58,087 nucleotides of DNA, filler included, from Sphacelaria rigidula (GCA_964200075.2; 7 parts of 7 records of this genome joined end to end with filler, not necessarily neighbours in it), one strand, 5' to 3'. Positions 35,011 to 48,031 are shown, numbered from the whole stretch's first letter. Translations and numbers: made by a program. Notes: generated from the sequence alone by a model not told the origin.

Positions 35011-35734
35011 TGGTTCACGCTCATCACCCAAAATTGCGTCATCAGCAATTGCCTTTCGCAATACCTACCCAATAGCCGCATGCATGATATCATACCGACC
35101 GCTGTGGACAGCTGAAGAACGTGACATAGATGGATTTGTGTTTAAGGTCATCATGGTAGCGCTAAGGGCGAAAAGGTACCTCGACCCATGAGCGCCCTTC
35201 AAATTGTTCTGAGGTAGAAATTGCGAATTCCAAGCCCAAGTTTCACTCAATCTCCACATGCTTCAAATCGTCGTAACCGCCATCAGCTCGCGAATCTAAC
35301 GGAAATAACAAATTTTAAAATGGTTACTACGGGGTCGAATAATACCCGAAACCGTGACGTTTCGGTGATGTGGGGCTTTGGCGTCGTCTCATTTCCACTG
35401 ATGATACGCACGGAAGATCCAGGGAGCCTCGTGACGGTTTCTCTTTCATCTGTTGTAGAAAAGCTCAGATCGCCCTCGATCTTTGCGGTTCCGTAGGTAT
35501 TGATACTCCAAATGGAAAAGTTGCACTCTTGACAGTATATCAAAGGTTCTCGTTCTCTATCGGCTTCTGGGGGTTCCCGCATGAAGACCCCCGGCAGGCG
35601 GTACAGAATGCCTCGAGAGACACAAAAAAAAAGTGCCCCGGGATAGTTCAAGGAACAGTGCAAAGGTTGGTCGAGAAACTCAAAACTCTCAAAAACGTTT
35701 TCTTGACTTGACGTGAAATTCACCCCAACAAGAC

Positions 35735-36473
35735 GTGATCACACTAAAACCAAGTAGTAAGGAGTTTACACGTTTCATGCTCACGTCCTCGCACAAACGC
35801 GCGAAACTTCACGCATTTTGTAGGAGATAGTCACTGAAATGTTTCACAACTGTGCTATGGATCAATACGCAACTTTCAATGGACAATTGTTCCTTACTTC
35901 TTGCCTTCTTTTCCCGTTTTTCGGGGGTCCGACGGGATCCAAGTCGTTTTTTCGAATTAGTCTCCTTTCTGGGACCCCAGGAAACCGGCACTGCGATTTT
36001 TTTTCATTATTTTCGCGAATGAGCTGTCGCTGCATGTCCCAAGGAAGGACCCCACAAAATTTCGTGGCCAAACTCGATCAACTGATGCTTGAAGTTTCAT
36101 GTTCACGTCAACAAGGCCCCGAAAACGCCATTTCTATACTAAAATCAAGTAGTTTGCGATTTTACCGGCGCACGGAAAAGCTCATCGCACAAACGCGCAA
36201 AACTTCACGCCGTTGTTAGGAGTTACATGCTGAATTTTTGCACAAAATGTGTTATGGGTCACTACGCAGCTTTGGATGAACGTGTTTTTTTTTCTATTGC
36301 CGTTTTTCGGGGGTCCGACGGGATCCAAGTTTATTCGAGAAGCATGGCGCCCCCGAAAAACGGGAGAAAAATATGAAGGTAAACAATCCTCGACCTTCAA
36401 AAGTTGCGTAATGACCCATAGCACATTTGTGCAAAATTCCAGGGTCTAACTCCAACAAATGGCGTAAACTTTT
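35735..36473. repeat. Complex repeat element with direct and inverted internal repeats
   Basis: ~35745-35950 is duplicated at ~36135-36330 (e.g. CCGTTTTTCGGGGGTCCGACGGGATCCAAGT); ~36200-36275 is inverted at ~36400-36470. Confidence 0.7.
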
Positions 36474-36537
36474 CACACGTCGGACGAGTCATTACTCGTC
36501 GAAACGAGTGCACTCGTGGATGCTTTTTGAAAACACA

Positions 36538-37985
36538 ACGAGCAATGACTCGAGTGCTCGCCCTACTATTTTTTTCCGCAACGAGCAATGACTCGAGTGC
36601 TCGCCCTATTAGTATTTTTCCACGACGAGCAGTGACTCGAGTGCTCGCCCTATTAGTATTTTTTCCGCAACGAGCAATGACTCGAGTGCTCGCCCTATTA
36701 GTATTTTTCCACGACGAGCAGTGACTCGAGTGCTCGCCTTATTAACCCTTTTGCATGGGACCGACCCCCCACAACAAGAGGTTGACCATGACTTCGTGAA
36801 ATAGTAAAAAATAACTCAGGGAGAGACCTGCCCAATCACGACGAGGTGAAATTTATCGACCAGACCCGAACGACCAGCGCGGGAACTGTTGCCGAGTGTG
36901 ATATCACTGCAAAGATAGTGTGGGGGCCCTGTCCCTGGCCAAGATAAGCCTTCCCAGGTTTCTAAAGCCAGGGTGCTCGAAGCATGGCCTATTGTATAAC
37001 TTGCACTTAGTATAGCGTTCCCGGGGTTTCTCAGGAGTTTTTTGGGGTCGCCAGCCTATACTAGAACGTAGTAATTACATGAGCACAGGGTGGAGTGGGA
37101 AAACCGGGAAGGAGTGTACATGCCACCATGTGGTCAAATTCACGACGCACTAAACCCAGGTGGGTCGTGGAAAGAGAAAAGGAGCTACCGTCATGAGTTA
37201 CACTCATCCCTCTGCCGATGAGTTGCAGAACACTGTGAACATGTATGTAGTGGGTGGGGATGAACAAGCTGTGCATAGGCAGCTGATCTTCGTCGCTGAG
37301 AACTGCCCAGAACGTGCAAGGCAGTATGCAGCGGCAGCTGCTGCTGCAGTCGGGGAGGCGTACTGCACTTACTGTACCGTACTGTACTGTACTGTATGTA
37401 TGTGCGCCGCAACGCCCATACCCTTTGAAGATAATTTGCCGCATGCAACAAAGAGGGAAATGGTGGCCCACCCCGACCACGAAGGGCTGTGTGGCAAGGT
37501 GATGGGGACATGATTATCATCCAAGGCCACAAGTGACAGGCGGCCCGCCGGTCGCCGCATCCTGTTGAAAGCTCTCTACCGCGACCCATACTGCTTGCTA
37601 CATCAGATACACATTGCCTAGTGCGCACCCTGCACCTGAAAATAGATTGGATGAAACCTTCGGTCTTTCTCATAACCCTGTGGGTACATAACGCGGATTT
37701 TCAGCAACATGCCACTGTTTCGTGCAGGCGTCAGACACGTCATTCCTAATCAGCCCCATCGATCGTTCTGGGGGCCCGGTCCCAAAGGGGTTGATTTGAT
37801 TTAAAACGAGTAATGACTCGAGTGCTCGCCCTATTAGTTTGTTTCCCCAACGAGCAATGACTCGAGTGCTCGCCCCATTAATGTTTTCCACAACGAGCAA
37901 TGACTCGAGCGCTCGTCCCATTAATGTTTTCCACAACGAGCAATGACTCGAGTGCTCGCTCTATTAATTTTTACGACCAACGAGC
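36538..37985. repeat. Minisatellite of about 9 units of 43-45 bp, split by an insertion
   Basis: AACGAGCAATGACTCGAGTGCTCGCCCTATTAGTATTTTTCC(A/G)C; five units before 36745 and four after 37805. Confidence 0.92.
36746..37790. mobile_element. piggyBac-like non-autonomous element, copy 2
   Basis: TTAA|CCCTTT..GGGACCG ... CGGTCCCAAAGGGG|TTGA; homologous to 22897-23933. Confidence 0.85.
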
Positions 37986-38089
37986 AGCCCAACGAGTGCG
38001 GGTGCCACGAGTCACACTCGTGCTCGTCCGACGTATGGAACTTTTGCCGATGAATGTTCTTAGTTGGATAAACGTGAACCAGCCTATAG

Positions 38090-38575
38090 GGACAATAACA
38101 TATGTGCATGGCCCAATGGACTCCGCAAGAAAATTGGAAGTGCGATTTCGAGTGGGAGACCTGGACCTTCCAGAAAGAAGAAAAAGGTGTACCAGTAGTC
38201 GAAGAAAGGATGAAGTAGATGCACAGAATCGCCCCTGTGGCGAGCAATAGAGCGTCGAATTCATATCGTGGCAGAATGTGAACTATGCAATGAGGAACGG
38301 AAAGTAAACGAAGGTGTCATGAAATCATTTGATGCATCAGACAGTATTGAGACAGATGGTGGCCACAGGCGGCGAATCAGGAAAGGAACAAGATATGTGA
38401 AAGGTTTTGTGTGATGTATGGAGGAAACGTGATATGTGCCCAAAACATTGGAGGTGTCTCAATCAGTAGTAGGAACGGTGCTCCGTCTCGGAAGGAATGC
38501 AGGGTCAGCGGTGAAACGACCAAGACGAGCAACTGAAGAGTACACCCCCGCCGCCGCTGCCCCCCGTTCCCCTTC
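38090..38575 (+). mobile_element. LINE 3' end (family B), degenerate, with C-rich tail
   Basis: TYVHGPMDSARKLEVRFRVGDLDLPERRKR..PCG..HIVAECE (CCHC-knuckle remnant)..RWWPQ..RNGAPSRK; ends GAGTAC plus a C-rich tail. Confidence 0.8.
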
Positions 38576-38634
38576 AAGATGGAGGTTCGGGAGGCGTGGT
38601 TCCGGTCAAGAATAAATACAACATGTGGTTGGTG

Positions 38635-38778
38635 AAATTGCTTTGCCTGTTGGGTGCAGTCCTTGACTTCCTGGGCGCAGCCTTGCATCGCTATGCAGTT
38701 GTCGCACGTGGATCGGCACCTCTCTCGCGGAAAGTGCTCCCCGAAAAACTCCAAGATCAGCACCCGCCTGCACTCCAC
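38635..38778 (-). pseudogene. Isolated RecQ helicase zinc-binding (RQC) exon
   Basis: ccattcag|VECRRVLILEFFGEHFPRERCRSTCDNCIAMQGCAQEVKDCTQQAKQF; CRR..L.FFGE.F....C...CDNC motif. No clear donor site and no other RecQ exon found in the contig. Confidence 0.75.
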
Positions 38779-39314
38779 CTGAATGGGCGACGAGAAAACA
38801 TGAACTTGAGCCTACTGAGGAAATTAATATATATTTCTGACTTTTTCCCTATAATCTTCAGTTTGTAAAAAATACGCTTCTCGTACACAGTTTATTGTGA
38901 GCCCACTTACTCTCCTGGACCCTCACATACTGAAATCAACGTTCGCAGCAAAGCGAATTGCATTTCAACAATCTGAGATTTCGCAACTATTAGAGGAAAT
39001 CACACACAAGTGTATCTTTGCGCAAACAACCATGGTATTGAATCACTGCTCACACAGTCCATATTTCGACACCTAAAGCGAGTACCTCAAGCTACAAAAT
39101 ATATCGCTACTGGTATTGAAAGGACCTCCGATTGCTGCATATGAACCCCGCTTTTTTTATGGCCCTGGGGAGGGAGGAAAGTGTTCCCGCGAAGAATTCC
39201 GACAGTAGTGCCTGCCTTCACTCCACCTTCTCAACAACAAAAAAGCAAGAACATACACAACTTTGCAGAAAGGTATAGTGCAGCTGTGAAGCGAAGGTTG
39301 CTGTTTCTTTCCAG

Positions 39315-41170
39315 GTTTGCTCAAGCTCAGTCCCCTCAACAGCTTGCACCAAGGCTTTCCCCGCAGCACGAGGCAGCTTGCGAGCTGGCCCGGCTCCCAC
39401 GAGAAATACCCATCCATCCTACTCGTGGTAAACCAGGGTGTACCCTTCCCCACATCCCCACACTTGGACCCAGTCAACAGAAAAACGGGTATGGCCCTTG
39501 CGCAAACCACTTTTACGTGGGGGACAAGTTCTCACAGTTAGTGAAATATGACACTGAAAAATAAATATATCTCAACGATCGTGAGTGACACGAGGGCATG
39601 GCCAGAGTGTTGGAAATAGAAAACATTTCACGGAACGTACGGTAGCCCTTTGCCATGGTTGTTGTGGACGTGTACTCATAATCTTCGATGCCGTGATCAT
39701 GGAACCGTTGACCTCGCATCCCTGCAAAGCCGGGGTGGAGCACGCCGGGCTCCGCCGAACCAGATTCGCGATCAATCGCCAAGCGCGGAGCGCCGTGATA
39801 TGCTCAGCGAGTCGCATGAAGGATGAGCTGCATTCTGCTGAGATTCTTCCCCCCGAAGCGTGCTGATTATCTTGCATATGGTCAACGGTCTACAATGATC
39901 TTCATGTTTTGCCATCGCCACTTCCAGGGACAACAGCCACGGGTAACATACCACCTCACGGTCGTCTCACCATATGAACACACCGTAATATATCCATATC
40001 CCCTTTGCGCGGAGTTCGGGTTCTCTCGCCCGCACAATATGATTCATTTCGACCACCACCATGGTTACCGGAAACAAATATAAGCGCCAAAGAAAAAAAA
40101 ATGGTAACCTAGTTGCCTAACTTACGTTTAGCGCGCGCGGGGGAGGGGGGGGATGTGCATTAATTTTATCATATCCATGCATATTTTTTCTGCTGTGCGT
40201 GCTGACAACGCTGTACTTGCATCATCACATCATATGATGCTTGGTTGTGGCTGATGCCGAATAGGTATGATGCGCGGAAACGGCGTTCTCGATGCAGGAG
40301 ATGTTGTCTCATTCGAAAGCAAGTATTCGGACCCCCTGTCGACCACCTAAACCCCGTCCAATTTGCGTCCAAATAGGGGTCCACGCAGTAGCAAAGGATA
40401 TTTTGAGATAGAGGAACAACCAAAAGTGTACGGACGGTGGATCAGAGGTTAATTTTCCTCATTGAACCCATCCAGCGGTCCCGAGTTTCTCTAGCATCAT
40501 GCTGTACCGCGAGCGAGAGCACTATGCTCTCAAGGAAAGACCGGCTGCTGCGGGCGCTGTATCTGATGTAGTGTGGAGCACGCAACTTTTAGAAAGATTG
40601 GGTCTCTACGGGGGAACCGACAGCTGGTAAGCTGTTGGCCGTGGGGAATGACCTATCGCACGGCCGCTGTCTCGAGGGCCTGGATTGCTGAACCCTAGGA
40701 GCATCAGGAACGTACTCTCTACATGAATGAAAAAAGTCAACAAATCGAGCTTAAAAGTATGTCACGGTACGCACGAGGTCAAGGGCCCAGATATCAAAAG
40801 CGGAGGCAGTGTCTCAATAAACCACATTTGCTCTCCATGAAGTATGTTAGGAGTCTTGACCGCTGTGCTTCTTATAGAAGTTCCTGCTGTACAAAATATA
40901 TACGAATGTATTCGGCAGTTGTTGTTTGTGTGCGTGTGTTGTGTCGCCCATCGAACGAGATTTACTCCGACTTGACGCACACAACACACCCACATGAAAC
41001 AGACATAGTTCGAAGTATACGCAGAAAAAACAGGTATTTGCATACGATCTGGAGTATGACACACACCTCGTTGATGCAGAAACGCACGCACTTGTACACC
41101 TCCTGCAGGTTGCTTATTCTCCTCTGGAACTGTAGTGTCTTGTCCCGGTTCACCATGTTCTACAAACAGT
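39315..41170 (+). CDS. Possible internal exons of an unidentified gene
   Basis: Phase-compatible candidates 39315-39427, 40476-40626 (VPSFSSIMLYREREHYALKERPAAAGAVSDVVWSTQLLERLGLYGGTDSW, donor gtaag) and 41109 onward; no recognisable domain. Confidence 0.3.
39670..40127 (-). mobile_element. Family A retroposon, near full length
   Basis: GTACTCATAATCTT...GGTAACCTAGTTGCCTAACTTACG, then a G-run at the 5' side; this copy lacks a C tail. Confidence 0.85.
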
Positions 41171-41463
41171 ACAAATGCAACATAAGAGTAATACCCACCC
41201 ACCCCCCAAAAAAACGAACAGCGAGCAGGGCGAGGGTAAGGTGAAAGGGAAAACAAAAGGGATCTTGCACGGCAGATGGTTGGCTTCACCGAGATTGGGC
41301 TGGGTTATTCCTCCTCCTCTTCCTCCCACTCCTCCTCCTACTTCCACTACATGCGTTTCGGGGGGGGGGGGGGGGGGGTCCCCCAAGACGGCCCTTTTCG
41401 GGGGGGGGGAAGAACACGAGGCCCTTTGGGGGGAAACCACCGCGCCCCCCCCCGCCCCCCCCC

Positions 41464-41563
41464 NNNNNNNNNNNNNNNNNNNNNNNNNNNNNNNNNNNNN
41501 NNNNNNNTTAATTAATTAANNNNNNNNNNNNNNNNNNNNNNNNNNNNNNNNNNNNNNNNNNNN
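41464..41563. other. Artificial contig linker
   Basis: N44-TTAATTAATTAA-N44. Confidence 0.97.
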
Positions 41564-41630
41564 GAGATTTTGTGTATGTTGTAGTGGCGGAGGATCTGGG
41601 AGTGTTGTGGGTATGGGCTAGGGGGTTGGT

Positions 41631-41671
<41 letters not shown>

Positions 41672-42479
41672 TATGGGTTCATGATGTGGGCTAGGTTGAA
41701 GGCCTGGGGAATGGCGGATTCGCCAAAAAACGTGAGAGCCTGAAACCTAAAGTCCACTTTCGGCTCACCACGTGAAGATCAAATGATACCCAAGTGTCAC
41801 AAGTTGCTGCTGACATGTAGGCTGAAAAACAGGATTTACTCAGTACGCTCCGGTGTAGAAAAGTACAGTAACCCACCGCCGAGCTAAATTCCCTCCCCTG
41901 ATATGCAAATGCCACGAGCTCGGGCCGGGCAGCAGGTTTTGCAAGGTAAACGGTACTTTACTGCCGTACTTTCAATCTCGCAGCGTCGCCAACCCAGGAG
42001 TGCTGATTGCCCTTCCGACTCGGGTGTCAACGAATGTATCTGACATCAAATATCGTTCAACTCAATACGTGGCACGCAGACGATACAGCAATACGATAAA
42101 GCACCGTAACAATGGTACAGAATGAAACAGTAGCAACCCATCACCGAGCCCAGTGCCCTGCCTCCTCCACTCTCAACGCCACAAACCCCAGTTTAAGCGG
42201 CAAGCTTTTCACAGCCGCACTAGCTCATTGAGCTCATTGCCGTAGTTCCAGCTTCATAGCTTTGCCGGTCCAAACCTTCTAGGTATCCTAACCATCTTAT
42301 GTTGAGGGAGATAGCTCTATGCACTGCAGCAAAGCCCTCACGGACCTCAGTACCCCTGCCCCGACTGCGGACACCACGACCTCTCCTTCGGCAACCGTGA
42401 CTGTCTTCTGTGCTCTTCACTTTTAGCCAGAAAAGGGGTCAAAAACCTCGCCTCCCCCTTCCCCGTGAGAAGCCCATGG

Positions 42480-42720
42480 AGCAGTGCGTAACCCGTGACT
42501 GTCGCTGGAAGTGGCGATACCACAAAGTGAAGCAATTCGTTCGAGGCTGTCATCCAAATGCAAGATAATTAGTACATTCCGGGCCGAACAATCTGAGCAA
42601 GATGCGGATCAGACGTCATGCCCGCTTGGTAATTACGAGTTTGGTCCGGCGAAAACCCGGCGTGCTCCGCCCCGGCTTTGAAGGCATGCAAGATCATGGG
42701 TACAACCCCTCCCCCGCCCA
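42480..42720 (+). mobile_element. Family A copy with internal deletions and a C-rich tail
   Basis: CTGGAAGTGGCGATACCA..CAAATGCAAGATAAT..GGTCCGGCGAAAACCCGGCGTGCTCC..CAAGATCATGGGTAC plus C-run. Confidence 0.8.
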
Positions 42721-42819
42721 GAAAAACTACCCTGTATTGCTTTAATTTTGTTGTTGAGGTTCGGTGTCATACCGGGAAATAAAACCTATGAAATTTGGAA
42801 AATATGGAAGGTACCTTTT

Positions 42820-45800
42820 CTATTTCTGCCCAAGACGGTGTAAGAACACCAGCGAAAGCAACACGCCCGCAGAATGTGACAAGATATTGTTGCTTGTATA
42901 CCAAACCCACCCGTGATTCCTCGGCTGCTGAAGGGGCTGGCGGCAATTGACACCTCGGTCGGCGCGTTGCTCATCTTCATCCTCATCGCCGCCATCTCCA
43001 TTTCTCGCTGGGGTGGCCTCGGGAGACAAGGGCGGCTCTCTTGGTACAAACCGCGAATCTGATAAAGGTTCATCTGACCCTTCTGCTTGGGAAACAATGC
43101 CTGCGCTCTCTCTGCCCACTCTGCTTCCAATCGGGACGACGTCTGGAGTCAACGGCGGTTCCTCTGGCACATATTTCGAGTCCGACAGGGACTCGTCTAA
43201 TGTTTCCCCGTCATACGAACGGGGCAGCGTCTTTCCGAACTCCTTCCCGCCGTCCTCGTTATAAACGGCGCCACCACCCTTTGACGCCCTTCCGCTGTCT
43301 GACTGATGAGCTTCAGGCGAGGAAAGGGTAGTGCGCGTGTTGGGTATTGGATCATTGCCGACAGCTTTTGACTCATTGCCGACGGCACCGGTGCCACCTA
43401 CATCGTCTATTATTTCCGTAAATATCTCGAGTCCTTGGAACATGGCTTTCTCGTGCCACGCCCGGATTGTGCGGAATACGGGACCCTTGTCTCCCTCCGG
43501 CACCTGTATGTGACAAATCACGGCCAACGCAGTCATTTCTTAGACTTTGTGAACGCAGGTGTCTGATTGGCCAACGGGAAAGCCCGGGAACTTCGATTGG
43601 CTTATGTTCTTTGGCCAACAGCTGACGTTGCATATGGTTCGTCGGAGCGGAGGAAGGTCTGGGCATGGATAACGTCATGTCGTGGATTTGGGATGTTGGC
43701 AGAGTTTTGTGGGGGCGGAATTTGTCATAAATTTATGGGCCGAACAAAGAGCAACATCGCCGAACGAAGTGGCACGCAGGTTTTTGCGGTGAATGACTCA
43801 TGTGATCGGTACCGTATATTCGCTTCCACTTCAGCCCGATTCTTTAATTCTTGCTGAGAAAATAAGGGTGCAGGGTCCTCAGTATCTCCACTACTGTGAT
43901 GGAGAGTAAACTATGCCCATAGACGAGAGGATAGGGTGCCGTCTTGTCGCAAGGTGCTGTAACGGTGCTGTAAAGACATGCATTTGTTGCAAACGCGTAG
44001 GCAGACCGTGCTCGGCGTACGTGACTCAGCTACGGCCACGGCACGAAGGGTATGGGAGATCGACTACTCTCTGCTTCTCCCTCGGCAGTATGGTACAAGC
44101 ACCGTGTGCAGGGATCACGGACAGCCTCACCTCTCGCAGCATGGGAATGGTCTCCGTCACGATACGTTTCGCGAAGCGAGGCGCGAAAACGTCCTTGTGC
44201 TTCCATTTTGACTGTGACTGTCGACACAACGAGTCAATGACGAAACATCCTGCAACCAATGCCAAGAGAGTTGGGGGAGGCAACGTGTTGGGCCTGGGCA
44301 TGTTTTCCATTTCATGTGGAAATTGACGCCTTCGAACACATGCGACGCACATCAACGTGTTTGCAAAAGTTCTGCATTTCTAACCCACGTTCCAGCGTAT
44401 CAAAGCAGACCATCCAGTGAGCACCACCGAGCGTGAAAGGCGTTTGTATGTGTGTGTGTGTTGCCTAGATTGAGGGCGACGGAAAATTGCGAGAGATTAT
44501 CGCCATTGCCGTCTGTACCTCCGCAGCCAACCCGCCTGTCAGGTTTGAGTAAACTAATGTACCCACACAACGCAAGGCACCACCTCGTCAACGCGTTCCC
44601 GTAGGAATCACGAGGCATCTAGTGCAATAGATCTGACGCCATTTTCATGAGGTGGCGAACGAAACAACATGATAAAAGCTTCAAACTTTCGACAAAACTA
44701 ACCCGTGTCACATTTGCACATCTTCGCACGACTACGTACGAAATCAAATGTATGCGGCGACGTTGGGGTGGCGATTTCCTGACATCACACCACATTTGGG
44801 AACATCGCACCAGAAAGTGGAAGGTCTTGATATGCAGTGGCGAGTACACGGCATCAGTCGCAGCACGTTCGGCGCCACTTGGAACCGTTGACCAAAGAAA
44901 ATACGTGACTAGGAGTCGAAACCTTGGAGAAACTCCTGTTTTTGTTGTATCGTTCACTAGGATGTGAGAATTATCAGGATGTGAGGCACACGCAACATTA
45001 ACGCGATCCGCGTACTCGAGGGATCATGGGGCATCTTTCGTAACAAGTCCTGATGCGGTCGTTCAACAGCAGAGGACGGAAAAGAAATTCCTTCTCGTTT
45101 CATTAATCGTAGGGCAAGAGATATTTTTACCGGGGCCCTTCGTGGACCCAGAAAAGCAGACGGCGTGGTGTCAATGACAAGAGGTCATCCTTCCGTCCGA
45201 CAGAACACACATCCAAGACCTTTTGCAGGCTTGTTTACGGAACAGCCACGACCGTAACTTAGGTGATATCATAGGGGACAATGGCGCGGCGGGGATAATG
45301 CTGCACTTCCCCCCCTCCCCCTCGCCTCTATCGTTGAACGACTCGATATCACTTTTTTCAGGAGCAACGCTATTCAAATTCGGTGCGTTTGAAACCTTCG
45401 GTCGCAAACACGATGCGAAAGCGTAACGGCAGTTTCTAGTCATGGGTCATACCACTTTCATCAATTCGCAAATGATCACACCGATTTCAGATACCTCGCG
45501 GTCATTCAAGTGGTACGTTCTGTAGCGCACAGCGATAGTCCCAGGTGTGTCGTAAGCGTCACTACATGCTACAAGCGTGATATTGTTGTCAAGGGCAGCA
45601 CGATCAGAGCTGGCGGCCAGCAGCGTGGGAGTAATGCTCATGTTTTTCGCACAGGCGACACATTGCTTCTTCGCTTTCAGTGATTTTGATCGACTATACG
45701 CTGCGATCGCTTGTTCAAACCAAAGTGCTGCATGACGTGGAGACAGAGATCACTTGAGGCCTCAAGGGACCATTTCGCCAGAAGCACGTCAGGTATTTCC

Positions 45801-46079
45801 TAGTCTAACGCGTTCAGCTTTCCGGGGTGGTGGTGAAATATAATGTTGGCTACAATACGGGGGATAACCATGCGCCGCAGGTGGATGTGATCGGGACATT
45901 TCCGAAGCTTCGACACACTGCAGAATACTAGTAACGAACTACGGAGCAGAGCGAAGGCGATCATGCAGTGCATCCTTCATGCCGGTGCTCTCCTACTTGG
46001 TTTTCTGACCTCCGATGCGGTGATGTGCCGGCTCCTTGCGGATGAACCGCTCAATGGCATGCACCACTCGCTTGTATTC
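42820..46079 (-). CDS. CID (RNAPII CTD-interacting domain) protein, SCAF4/SCAF8/Nrd1-like, partial
   Basis: Phase-compatible exons 46079-46010 (EYKRVVHAIERFIRKEPAHHRIG), 44249-44131 (GCFVIDSLCRQSQSKWKHKDVFAPRFAKRIVTETIPMLRE) and 43503 onward (VPEGDKGPVFRTIRAWHEKAMF...). They match the CID motifs VIDSIVRQ, KDVFAPRF and DK.K..RVL..W. First exon and true 3' end not resolved. Confidence 0.85.
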
Positions 46080-47214
46080 CTGCACACAGCAGGCGCAGGC
46101 GACATGACGTTATAGGGCACGCTCTTATGGTTCAATTAAGGGCAGCGAAGAGATGCGGCACTGGACACAGATTTGATTCGTCGAGCCCGTAATGGAGAAA
46201 AGTATGATACGTACGTGCCCGTCCCGTTTGCCCGCGGCACCCTCTGCCGGCGTCTCGGTGCAGTCATGGGCGTGCGCAAAAAAGCATGAACCCGTGCGTA
46301 TTCCCGTTACTGCAGAGCGAAGCTCGGTGCAGCCAATGGTAAAAAGGGTACATCAGCGCGGATAGTGCAGCGTGGTATGAGGACTGGCGGGTCGAACGAT
46401 ATCCTGTAACCCCACCATCTTTCATGCTGGAAGGCTGCTTGGGGCATGGTGCAGCCAGCTGTGCCGTGACATACAAATGTTGTGTAGAACATCCCACACC
46501 ACCCTACACCAGAATCCTTGACGAGCGACAAAAGCCATTCAGCCACCCGGTGCATGCCGGCACCATGCTGGGATGGCCGCGATCAGTCCCTACAACGCAG
46601 CTTTGCCGGGATTCAAAGATACATACCACTTTATATTGCCAATAAATGTACTGCACACAGTATGGAGTCCACTGCCTGTTGCAATGGACGCAATAGTGGA
46701 TGCTGTGCGCAGTGAGCTTTTCGCGTATCTCCCCCGACATATGGTACCAGGCGTTGTGGCATACATCATCTCGTCATAACCATTTTTTGTGTACCAGTCT
46801 TGTTGTTGTCAGGATCCACTTGATAGGGTTTCGCGCCCGGAGGGTCAAGCGCTTCAAGTTGAATGCTTTCTGTTCTAGTATGTAGTCTCATGACAGGATC
46901 CCAAGATTTGAAGGATAACGTTTGTAGGCGTCAACCAAAGCTAAAAGAACACGGCGCGCTTGGCAGAAATGTTGCAAACAAAACAGTCGACCCTGCAGGG
47001 ATGCAGCAGTCTCTTGCCATGAAATTGAGAGGAACGAGGTGCATTTCACCCGTCACGAGTCGACTCGTTGTACTGAAACCAACTAATTTTCAGACGAATC
47101 ATTATTTTCACGATCCTTGGAAGGAAGCCATGCAGTTTGCCGACACAACAAAAACCACCTTCGGTCCTGACGAAGATCAGCAAAACTGTCTTCCTGGGAA
47201 GAGCGTTGACTGTC

Positions 47215-47595
47215 CAAGGGCAGGTCGGGTAGGATATACCTAGTACTCCATATTTTTATAAAGTCATACTCTTAGTACCCAAAACGTGGTTAGGTATTTG
47301 AGTTTGTACCCGATCTACCCAAAATTTGGGTAGAGTATATGAGATCATACCCAATCTACCCAAAAATTGTGTAGAGTATCGAGATCATATTCAAGTACTA
47401 TAATACTCTATACCCAGGTATTGCGAAGAGTGCTTACCCCATATTGGGTAGAGTATTTGGAGTCGTACTCAATTTACCTAGAATTTTGGCAGAGTATTGA
47501 GACCGTACCCGATCTACCCAAACGTTGGGTAGAGAAAATACCCGGCTATTTTACCCGAGTATTTAAAAGTACATACCCTACCCGACTTGCCCTTG
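47215..47595. mobile_element. hAT-like MITE related to 743-947
   Basis: TIR CAAGGGCA(G/A)GTCGGGTAGG; internal TACCC and GGGTAGAG subrepeats; no TSD retained. Confidence 0.8.
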
Positions 47596-47713
47596 CATTA
47601 TTTCCGCTATGGACGCAGTCGGACACAGGTCTGAAAATCTCAACGGGCGCGGCTGAAATACATGACTGAACCATGTTACAGGCTGGGCCGCCCGAGACGC
47701 GGACAGGGATGTT

Positions 47714-48031
47714 AACACGCGATTTAGCAGCTCAATTTTGGGTAGTTTTCCAAGAAACTTCAACACAATGTACAAGACAAACTTCAACACAATGTACAAG
47801 GCATATGTACGCAGACTCCATTCTTGGCCCCTAATTTTTTGTTTTCTTTGGGAAGCTATTCGCGATTTTGTTCCGAAATAAGCTGTTCTAAATTTTTTGG
47901 TCGCCGATAACTCATGAAGAGAAATAAATAAATGTACGGGGCTGAAAGTAGAGTCTTTGCACATACATCGTGTACATCGTGTCAAAAATTATTAGAAAAT
48001 GACCCAAAATTAAACTGCTAAATCGCGTGTT
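47714..48031. mobile_element. MITE with long TIRs
   Basis: AACACGCGATTTAGCAG..AATTTTGGGT is inverted at both ends; TTAA at the left junction. Confidence 0.8.

Larger units (their letters stand above)
36474..38037. mobile_element. hAT-like MITE built from a 43-45-bp tandem array, interrupted by the piggyBac-like element
   Basis: TIR CA(C/T)ACGTCGGACGAG; 8-bp TSD aaactttt/gaactttt. Confidence 0.75.

Noticed and set aside
36538-37985. CRISPR-like array of palindromic repeats
   Set aside because: The 'spacers' are ~20-bp near-identical A/T-rich linkers, there are no cas genes, and the context is a eukaryotic TE. It is a minisatellite.
32122-39315. Continuing the zinc-finger gene into the exons at 39315 onward
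   Set aside because: It would cross an artificial linker between unrelated contigs.
46680-46779. NRPS/AMP-binding-like motif AYLPRHMVP
   Set aside because: Short isolated match with no other adenylation motifs, on the strand opposite the CID gene.
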